Shown here in pieces: positions 57,411 to 64,000 of a stretch of DNA of 64,000 nt (position 1 is the first letter of the stretch; every line of letters begins with the position of its first letter). Source of the DNA: Armatimonadota bacterium (GTDB lineage Bacteria > Armatimonadota > HRBIN16); contig OY781964.1 in the NCBI GenBank assembly GCA_963677485.1, forward strand, positions 4,544,001 to 4,608,000, given 5' to 3'. The notes beneath the pieces are model-generated. The model saw nothing but the letters and a program-made list of their open reading frames with translations. It did no database searches and was not told the DNA's origin. Both the position numbers and the translations under genes were made by a program.

Positions 57411-58049
57411 CTACTTGGCTGGAGTGTTCAGTCTTTTTAATACGGGGTCAGTGATATCAATAGCCCCGTAAACTACGTTTTGAGGGTTCATGCTGAAGAC
57501 TAAGTTAATCTTTTGCTCTTTTGCGACAGAAGCAACTGCTACTTTAATGTCAGCAATCAGTGCGAGTCTTTTCTCATCTCGCATGCGAAGAATCGACTGG
57601 TTGGCGTCAGTCATCATTTGTTTGAAGGTGTTTTCATTGTTCGCAGCCTGAGCCCGCATCGTATCGAACTTCGTCTTTTCGTCGGCTGTCATCGCCTGAC
57701 CCTTCGCGGCCAGTACGTTGAAATCAGCAACAAACTGCGTGGCTTTTGCTTCAAGCTCGGTAGATCGCTTTTTCTGAGCGTCATCCTTAGTGGCGGATGT
57801 GACGATCTTGGCGTATTCATCAATCTCTTCGGGAGTGAGCACCAATACTTTTTGCAATGAGTCGAAATTGGCAGTGACCTGATCGTTTTTAGCCTTCAGT
57901 TCCGCCTCCATCGTCTCGCGTTTGGAATATCCATTGATAGCTTTTTCCATATCAATGACGCCGAATACTGCCGATTGGGCAAAACTGGGGATTGAAATCG
58001 CCATCAAAGCGACAGCGATTAGGAGAGCGTGACGCATCATGCGGATCAT
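57411..58049 (-). CDS. OmpH/Skp family periplasmic chaperone
   Basis: Signal peptide, FGVIDMEKA, long coiled coil, VAKEQKINLVF..DITDPVLKRLN. ATG 58049 follows GGAGG. Confidence 0.85.
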   Translation of the reverse strand: MIRMMRHALLIAVALMAISIPSFAQSAVFGVIDMEKAINGYSKRETMEAELKAKNDQVTANFDSLQKVLVLTPEEIDEYAKIVTSATKDDAQKKRSTELEAKATQFVADFNVLAAKGQAMTADEKTKFDTMRAQAANNENTFKQMMTDANQSILRMRDEKRLALIADIKVAVASVAKEQKINLVFSMNPQNVVYGAIDITDPVLKRLNTPAK

Positions 58050-58139
58050 ACAGGTTCCTCCAAATGTCATTACCGGTGCATGTTACCATTCACCATAATA
58101 CGTGACAGATGGCAATATAACAAGGTTACGCGGGGTTTC

Positions 58140-58168
58140 TTGACTTTGCTTACCATAGAAAGTATTAT
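58140..58168 (+). promoter_or_regulatory. Near-consensus sigma70 promoter of the small basic ORF
   Basis: TTGACT (58140-58145), 17-nt spacer, TATTAT (58163-58168). Confidence 0.7.
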
Positions 58169-58211
58169 AGATAGTGTCAGATACGCATGATCACACCGGA
58201 TGGAGTCAGTA

Positions 58212-58328
58212 ATGCAGGGTAAAACCAAAATTCTTCGTGTCCGTCACAAACGGCAACTGGAGATTCAGAAGGCTCGCAAGCGTGCAGGTACCATCGCCAA
58301 AAAGGCAATGAACAAGCACCTGAAGTAG
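58212..58328 (+). CDS. Unannotated 38-aa highly basic small protein MQGKTKILRVRHKRQLEIQKARKRAGTIAKKAMNKHLK
   Basis: GGAG SD (58202-58205) 6 nt before the ATG, own promoter and own terminator. 9 Lys + 5 Arg against 1 Glu. Confidence 0.75.
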   Translation: MQGKTKILRVRHKRQLEIQKARKRAGTIAKKAMNKHLK

Positions 58329-58336
58329 CAGAATTT

Positions 58337-58373
58337 GGGGAGGCGATGTTAATTCATCGCCTCCCCGGTTTTT
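58337..58373 (+). terminator. Intrinsic terminator of the small ORF
   Basis: Perfect 12-bp stem GGGGAGGCGATG/CATCGCCTCCCC followed by GGTTTTT. The U-tract is on the + strand only. Confidence 0.8.
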
Positions 58374-59233
58374 CAAGCTATCCGAAGGTCAAGCCCGATA
58401 TCGCAAGCTATTGCAGAGTGGGTGAGAGCCCCAACTGAAATGATGTCTACCCCAGTTTCAGCAATGGACCACACCGTCTTCAGATTCACACCGCCAGATG
58501 CCTCCAGCTTGCAGCGTCCGTTCACGTATGCCACACACGCCTTCATCTGCGGGAGGCTCATGTTGTCCAGCATGATGATATCGGCCTTTGAGCTTAGCGC
58601 CTCAGTCACCTGATCAAATGTGTCACACTCCACCTCGATGGTCATCGTATGGGGTATGTTTTCTTTTGCACGATTGACCGCGGCGGTGATGCTGCCGGCG
58701 GCAACTATGTGGTTGTCTTTGATCATCACTGCGTCATACAAAGCCATTCGATGGTTGCTTGCCCCGCCAACGCGCACAGCGTATTTTTCAAGGTTGCGCA
58801 ACCCGGGAGTGGTCTTGCGGGTATCACAAATCTGAGCATTTGTGGAAGCCACGGCCTGAACGTATTGCTGCGTCATGCTGCTGATGCCGCTTAACCGCTG
58901 CATGAAATTCAATGAGACTCGCTCACCAGTCAGCAGGCTGCGCGCCCTTCCTGAGATCCGAGCCAATACTGCACCTTTATAAAACACCGCACCGTCTGAC
59001 AGAACTGCTTCTACCAACACATCCGGGTCGATTTGCTTAAACACTTCGTGGACAAGGGGAATGCCACATAGTATGCCGGATTGTTTGGCAATGTAAATGC
59101 CTTCAGCCATAGTATCTTCATCTACTGTAGTGAGTGTGCTGATATCACCAGGCCCAACATCTTCAAGAAGGGCTAAACTTACTATCCGAGAAACTTCAAA
59201 TTGACCAGGCGGAATAATCCAAGCCCTACTCAT
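58373..59233 (-). CDS. nadC: Nicotinate-nucleotide pyrophosphorylase (carboxylating)
   Basis: ALLEDVGPGD, DTRKTTPGLR, MIKDNH, IEVEC, IMLDN and EASGG motifs. ATG 59233 forms an ATGA overlap with mgtC. Confidence 0.96.
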   Translation of the reverse strand: MSRAWIIPPGQFEVSRIVSLALLEDVGPGDISTLTTVDEDTMAEGIYIAKQSGILCGIPLVHEVFKQIDPDVLVEAVLSDGAVFYKGAVLARISGRARSLLTGERVSLNFMQRLSGISSMTQQYVQAVASTNAQICDTRKTTPGLRNLEKYAVRVGGASNHRMALYDAVMIKDNHIVAAGSITAAVNRAKENIPHTMTIEVECDTFDQVTEALSSKADIIMLDNMSLPQMKACVAYVNGRCKLEASGGVNLKTVWSIAETGVDIISVGALTHSAIACDIGLDLRIA

Positions 59234-59868
59234 GATCGGGTGACCTCCAAGATGCCATCTATAGCGATTAATAATGGGAAAGGATCTGAAACATGGGGCG
59301 GGATATCCAGTGATAGCCGATATTGGGCATGACCATCTGGAAGACGGTTCAGTTGTTTCCACGACTGTACATGAAATCCTATGGCCTTCAGTTGGTCATT
59401 CATATCTTGCAGTGAGCCAACGACGTCGACGACAACCACCACATCAGCATGGTTTGTTTTGAGAATCCTTCGCTCAAGAATAGTCGCACTTGTCAGTGTT
59501 CCGACTGCCAATACAGAGCCGACTAGAGCAAATAGGTAATAATGAGTGCCAAATCCACAGGCTAGGCCCACGGCAGCACTCACCCACATACTGGCGGCAG
59601 TGGTAAGTCCTCTGACTTCCACACCCTGGTGTATGATGGTGCCAGCACCGAGGAAGCCGATACCAGTTACAACTTGCGCAGCGATGCGAGTGGGGTCAGC
59701 AGCCGATCCAGCCGCTTCATGGGACACAGTCGCAAACATCGCTGCACCCAGCGCCAATAGGATGTGAGTGCGTAAACCGGCAGGGCGATTGGTCAGCTCT
59801 CGATTGAGACCGATCATGCCACCTAATAGCGCAGCCACGAATAAGTTGACTAAGTTCATTTCGTCCAT
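59230..59868 (-). CDS. MgtC/SapB family membrane protein
   Basis: IGLNRE, PAGLRTH, DPTRIAAQVVTGIGFLGAG and GLTTAA motifs. Start uncertain (59859-59898). Confidence 0.9.
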   Translation of the reverse strand: MDEMNLVNLFVAALLGGMIGLNRELTNRPAGLRTHILLALGAAMFATVSHEAAGSAADPTRIAAQVVTGIGFLGAGTIIHQGVEVRGLTTAASMWVSAAVGLACGFGTHYYLFALVGSVLAVGTLTSATILERRILKTNHADVVVVVDVVGSLQDMNDQLKAIGFHVQSWKQLNRLPDGHAQYRLSLDIPPHVSDPFPLLIAIDGILEVTRS

Positions 59869-59980
59869 AAATACATAGTACCTCTGACCTACTGCCATTG
59901 TGTAGATACAAAGGGTAAACTGAATTGCTGACCGTAAATAATGGCTGTATAAGCAAAATACTGGGTTTTACGCATACCAC

Positions 59981-60010
59981 TTGACAAAACCCCCTGATGC
60001 AGGATACAGT
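59981..60010 (+). promoter_or_regulatory. Candidate promoter for era-topA
   Basis: TTGACA (59981-59986), 18-nt spacer, TACAGT (60005-60010). A second -10-like TACAAT lies at 60045-60050. Confidence 0.4.
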
Positions 60011-60061
60011 TTATGGCGGTCTCTATCAGTTTCGGCTGGATAGATACAATAGACATAAGAG

Positions 60062-60988
60062 GTGGAATTCATAGCAGCAGCATCCAAAAATAGTGTTCCA
60101 ACGCGGTGTGGTTTTGCCACGATCGTTGGAAAGCCCAACGTAGGCAAATCTACGCTCATCAATGCACTCATGGGCATCAAAGTGGCACCGACGACCAATC
60201 GTCCGCAAACAACCCGTCGATCTGTCAGAGGTATACTTACTGATGGCACCCAACAGGTGATCTTTGTGGATACGCCCGGATGGAGTCGACCTACTGATCT
60301 TCTCGGCAGCTATATGAGAGGGCAGATCACAGAGTCGATTCAAGATGTCGATGCGCTACTATGGGTGGTTGATTTGCGAAAACCTCCAGGTGAAGAAGAT
60401 GCCGCTGTGGCACAAATGCTGCAGCACATGATTGAAAATGTGCTGATTGTTGGGAACAAACTGGACGCTGCAAAACGGCCGATGGATGCAGAAGCCGCTT
60501 ATCGGGCACTCATGCCTGATACGGTGCCTTATATCGCCATTTCTGCTTTGAAAGACGCCAAGTCGGTCAATAGGCTAAAAGCGATGGTCTTTGGGTTGAT
60601 GCCTGAAGGGCCGCTGCTCTACCCTGACGACATGAAATCGGACCAGAGCCGCACAGACTGGGCTGAGGACATCATCCGTGAGCGTCTGATGACTAACCTG
60701 GACGACGAATTACCATATTCAGTGGCCGTCAAGATCGCTGAATGGACAGAACGTGAAAATGGCATGCAGTTCATCGATGCTGTCGTCATTGTAGAACGCG
60801 AAACACACAAGGGCATCGTGGTTGGAAAACACGGTCAGATGTTGAAAGTGGTGGGTTCTGAAGCCAGAGAGCAACTGGAAATCATGCTGAATACTCGCAT
60901 CTTCCTTCAGCTTGAGGTGATGGTGATGGATGACTGGCGTCGTGATGAACGAAGCATGGGAAAACTGGGATACGGCCTTTCCGAATAG
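60062..60988 (+). CDS. era: GTPase Era
   Basis: GKPNVGKS, QTTR, DTPG and NKLD motifs; KH domain GIVVGKHG. Confidence 0.96.
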   Translation: MEFIAAASKNSVPTRCGFATIVGKPNVGKSTLINALMGIKVAPTTNRPQTTRRSVRGILTDGTQQVIFVDTPGWSRPTDLLGSYMRGQITESIQDVDALLWVVDLRKPPGEEDAAVAQMLQHMIENVLIVGNKLDAAKRPMDAEAAYRALMPDTVPYIAISALKDAKSVNRLKAMVFGLMPEGPLLYPDDMKSDQSRTDWAEDIIRERLMTNLDDELPYSVAVKIAEWTERENGMQFIDAVVIVERETHKGIVVGKHGQMLKVVGSEAREQLEIMLNTRIFLQLEVMVMDDWRRDERSMGKLGYGLSE

Positions 60989-61011
60989 ATAACAACGGAG
61001 AGTTTACATAT

Positions 61012-63246
61012 ATGGCTAAGAAACTGATAATCGTGGAATCGCCTGCCAAGACGAAAACACTCAAGAATTTCCTTTCAGACGAGTATGTCGTGGAAGCCTC
61101 AATGGGGCATGTCCGTGACCTGCCGGAGAAGCGGCTGGGAGTTGATGTAGAGAACAACTTCGAGGCGGAATATGAGAACCTTGATAGTCGATCGACTGTT
61201 CTGACCACTTTACGACGTGCCGTCAAAGGTGCTGACGAAGTCTTCCTGGCAAGCGACCCTGACCGTGAAGGTGAGGCGATTGCCTGGCACCTCCAGCAGG
61301 CATTGAAGCTAAAATCGCCCAAGCGCATTGAGTTTAATGAGATCACACGCAGTGCGGTGATCTCCGCACTTGAGAACCCTCGTGAGATCAATATGGACCG
61401 CGTCGACGCTCAGCAGGCCCGGCGTATCCTAGACCGGATCGTGGGTTATAAACTCAGCCCTTTGCTTTGGAAAAAGGCGCGACGGAATAACCTCTCGGCA
61501 GGCCGAGTTCAGAGCGTAGCCGTGAAGCTGGTGGTCATCAGGGAACGCGAAATCCAGGCATTCGTGCCCCAGGAATACTGGTCGGTAACTGCTAAGCTTA
61601 GCCCAGATGGAGAGACCCAAACATTTGATGCTCACCTGCGTATGTATCGCGGTGAGAAGCTTGAACTCGTCAGCCAGGAGCAGACTGACAAAGTATTGTC
61701 CGACCTGCACGATGCAGAATACCGTGTAGCCGAAATCCGCAAGTCTCAGCGCAAGCGAAAACCGAGTGCTCCCTTCATCACCAGCACGTTGCAACAGGAA
61801 GCGGCCCGCAAACTGGGTTACAGTGCGCGCCGCACGATGCAGATAGCTCAACAGCTGTATGAAGGAATCGAACTGGGCGCGCAGGGTTCGGTTGGTATGA
61901 TCACTTATATGAGAACTGACTCCACACGTGTCAGTAATGAAGCTCAGGTTCAAGCACGGGAGTATATTAAAAGCACATTTGGTGCCCAATATATGCCGAA
62001 GACGGCTCCGATATACAAAACCAAAGCCTCTGCGCAGGACGCGCACGAAGCGGTTCGTCCGACGAGTGTATTGCGTACACCCGATGAAGTAAAGCAGTAT
62101 ATGAATGCTGAGCAGATGAAGCTTTATCGGTTGATTTGGATGCGGTTCCTGGCCAGCCAGATGTCCGAATCGATCATGGATGTTGTGTCGGTTGACATAC
62201 TAGCCAATGAATATCTTTTCCGTGCCACCGGCAGCACGATGAAGTTTGAAGGCTTCATGAAAGTGTATATCGAAGGCACTGACAACAACGATAAAAATGA
62301 AGATGACGGTCCCGCATTACCGGAACTCAGCGAGAAGCAGCTACTGCAGCTTCTGACACTGCTGCCTGTACAGCATTTTACTGAACCACCGCCCCGATAT
62401 AGTGAGGCCACTTTGGTGAAGGCACTAGAGGAAAACGGGATAGGACGGCCCAGCACCTACGCCAGCATTTTGGGTGCGATCGTCGACCGAAAGTATGTCA
62501 CCCTGGCCCAAAAGCGGTTCACTCCGACGGCACTCGGCGACGCGGTGACCGACTATCTCGGCATGTTCTTTTTAGATGTGATGGATATTCAGTTCACCGC
62601 TAATATCGAGAAGGAGCTTGACAATGTAGAGATCGGTCAGCAGAGCTGGCGGTCTGTATTGGCTTCTTTCTACGGACCTTTTGAGACACATCTAAAAGAG
62701 TGCGAAGAGAGCCCGGAGAGGGTTCGGATTATCCCCAAGGAAACCCCGTACATCTGCCCGAATTGCGGCGGTAAAATGCTGCTGCGTGAAGGCCGATTTG
62801 GACCATTCCTGGGATGCGAGAAATATCCCGAGTGCACAACCATCATGAAAGTGACCGCAACGGGGGAACCGGCTCCGCCCGACCGCCCAAGCGATCAGGT
62901 TTGTGAAAAGTGCGGTTCGCCGATGGTGATCCGTTATGGTAAATACGGCGACTTCCTTGCCTGCAGTGCCACAGGATGCCGGACACGCCGACCACTCGAC
63001 TCTGGGATTGAAGTGCCCTGTCCGAAGTGCGGAAAAGGCCATATCGTTAGAAAACGCAGCAAGCGTGGCCGCTACCTTTACGGTTGCGATACCTACCCGG
63101 ATTGTGAATTCGTGGTATGGAGCAAGCCGACGGGGGATATGTGTCCAAACTGCAACTCGCTGCTGGTTGAGAAAACCGCCAGAGGACAGGCGCCTACAAT
63201 CATCTGCAGCAATGCTGAGTGCGGATACGAAAAAGAGACCGAATAG
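61012..63246 (+). CDS. topA: DNA topoisomerase I with C-terminal zinc ribbons
   Basis: IVESPAK, DPDREGE, SAGRVQS, ITYMRTDS and GIGRPSTY motifs; several CxxC zinc fingers. Confidence 0.98.
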   Translation: MAKKLIIVESPAKTKTLKNFLSDEYVVEASMGHVRDLPEKRLGVDVENNFEAEYENLDSRSTVLTTLRRAVKGADEVFLASDPDREGEAIAWHLQQALKLKSPKRIEFNEITRSAVISALENPREINMDRVDAQQARRILDRIVGYKLSPLLWKKARRNNLSAGRVQSVAVKLVVIREREIQAFVPQEYWSVTAKLSPDGETQTFDAHLRMYRGEKLELVSQEQTDKVLSDLHDAEYRVAEIRKSQRKRKPSAPFITSTLQQEAARKLGYSARRTMQIAQQLYEGIELGAQGSVGMITYMRTDSTRVSNEAQVQAREYIKSTFGAQYMPKTAPIYKTKASAQDAHEAVRPTSVLRTPDEVKQYMNAEQMKLYRLIWMRFLASQMSESIMDVVSVDILANEYLFRATGSTMKFEGFMKVYIEGTDNNDKNEDDGPALPELSEKQLLQLLTLLPVQHFTEPPPRYSEATLVKALEENGIGRPSTYASILGAIVDRKYVTLAQKRFTPTALGDAVTDYLGMFFLDVMDIQFTANIEKELDNVEIGQQSWRSVLASFYGPFETHLKECEESPERVRIIPKETPYICPNCGGKMLLREGRFGPFLGCEKYPECTTIMKVTATGEPAPPDRPSDQVCEKCGSPMVIRYGKYGDFLACSATGCRTRRPLDSGIEVPCPKCGKGHIVRKRSKRGRYLYGCDTYPDCEFVVWSKPTGDMCPNCNSLLVEKTARGQAPTIICSNAECGYEKETE

Positions 63247-63267
63247 TCACACTGCAGTCAATCGAAT

Positions 63268-63304
63268 AATGCCTGGCACATGCACTGTGTCAGGCATTTC
63301 TTTT
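63268..63304 (+). terminator. Intrinsic terminator after topA
   Basis: AATGCCTGGCACA-N5-TGTGTCAGGCATT stem followed by TCTTTT. Confidence 0.75.
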
Positions 63305-63360
63305 ATTGGCAGCATTAGCGTGGTATCTTAGCATTGGCGTAATATTCTGGAGGTGTCTGA

Positions 63361-63678
63361 ATGGCTAACGTGAGCGTACAAGCAGGGATATGTGGATTTG
63401 TAACCAAGATTAAGGCGACATGTGATGAAGAGCAGATGGTGTCTTTCACCATAGTGAGTGACTGCCCCAATATCCAAAAGCTGGCTGAAGCGATGCCATC
63501 GGTTGATGCATACGACGAAATCGGTGCAGGCTATGATGGTGAACTATTGAAAACCACCAGGATCTATTGCAAAGGATGCTGCAGCGCCTGCGTGGTGCCC
63601 AATGCGATATTCAAAGCGATGCAGGTGGTCGGTGGACTGGCTCTGCCAGCACCGATTATGATTAACCTCATCAAATAG
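63361..63678 (+). CDS. Small Cys-rich conserved hypothetical protein (DUF6951-like)
   Basis: GICGF, SDCPNI, CxxCCxxCVVP and GLALP pattern. GGAGG SD. Confidence 0.7.
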   Translation: MANVSVQAGICGFVTKIKATCDEEQMVSFTIVSDCPNIQKLAEAMPSVDAYDEIGAGYDGELLKTTRIYCKGCCSACVVPNAIFKAMQVVGGLALPAPIMINLIK

Positions 63679-63740
63679 CAGACACAGCCTATAACTTATA
63701 TGCCCAGTTGAGTTTCAAATCATCGCATGGAGACGGCATC

Positions 63741-64000
63741 ATGAAGGCCATCGCAATCTTGCTCATCTTAGCGTTGTTTGGCAGCGTTGTATGCATGGCT
63801 GCAGCACCACCAGTAGCCAGTTATACCCCGGCTGTTCATGTCGGAATCGATGTAGTCGATAGTGCTGATGGACGGTATATCCGAGGCGTATACGAAGGCC
63901 AAGACTCGTTGTCGCTAACAGACGGTGTCACGCCCCTGAGTTCATTTATATACTTCAAACTGACGGATGATGTCCGGCGAATGGTTGGCAGCCACTGTTT
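63741..64000 (+). CDS. Secreted protein, 5' part only (runs off the window)
   Basis: GGAG SD, signal peptide MKAIAILLILALFGSVVCMAA. The frame is open to the window end. Confidence 0.7.
   Translation, partial: MKAIAILLILALFGSVVCMAAAPPVASYTPAVHVGIDVVDSADGRYIRGVYEGQDSLSLTDGVTPLSSFIYFKLTDDVRRMVGSHC

Noticed and set aside
1-64000. Prophage, integrase, transposase, defence system, tRNA or rRNA genes
   Set aside because: No ORF carries such motifs, and no intergenic gap shows a tRNA cloverleaf or rRNA-like sequence on manual reading.

Overview
Bacterial chromosomal window from a diderm organism (OmpH/Skp, LptF/G and a beta-barrel candidate are present). The gene mix (exosortase plus EpsI, PQQ-propeller, FGE-like, GlnD, many unusual CAZymes) suggests Armatimonadota, but this is inference only. 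The left ~29 kb is a carbohydrate-utilisation region with no recognisable SusC/SusD pair. It holds three tandem signal-less GH110-like beta-helix paralogues, GH43_24, a frameshifted DUF4838 gene, GH38, gnd-zwf, a ~1490-aa multidomain secreted GH-like protein, a GH71-like enzyme, an RbsC/B/A-type ABC importer and an unknown outer-membrane beta-barrel candidate. The rest is mostly housekeeping: nadA-iscS-mnmA, ribBA-ribH-accB-hom-lptF/G-glnD, pduO, dprA, birA, pdxS, rlmN, ompH, nadC, mgtC, era and topA. It also carries a Tat sulfatase/FGE-like pair and an exosortase-EpsI-glycosyltransferase cluster. The strongest unannotated signal is a stand-alone transcription unit at 58140-58373 (near-consensus promoter, SD, 38-aa very basic ORF, oriented terminator), which the ORF track misses. 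REP-like hairpins sit at the window start. No rRNA, tRNA, CRISPR array or transposase was seen. All product calls come from motif recognition by eye; no searches were run. Several start codons were moved from the ORF track where a Shine-Dalgarno (SD) site supports another start.
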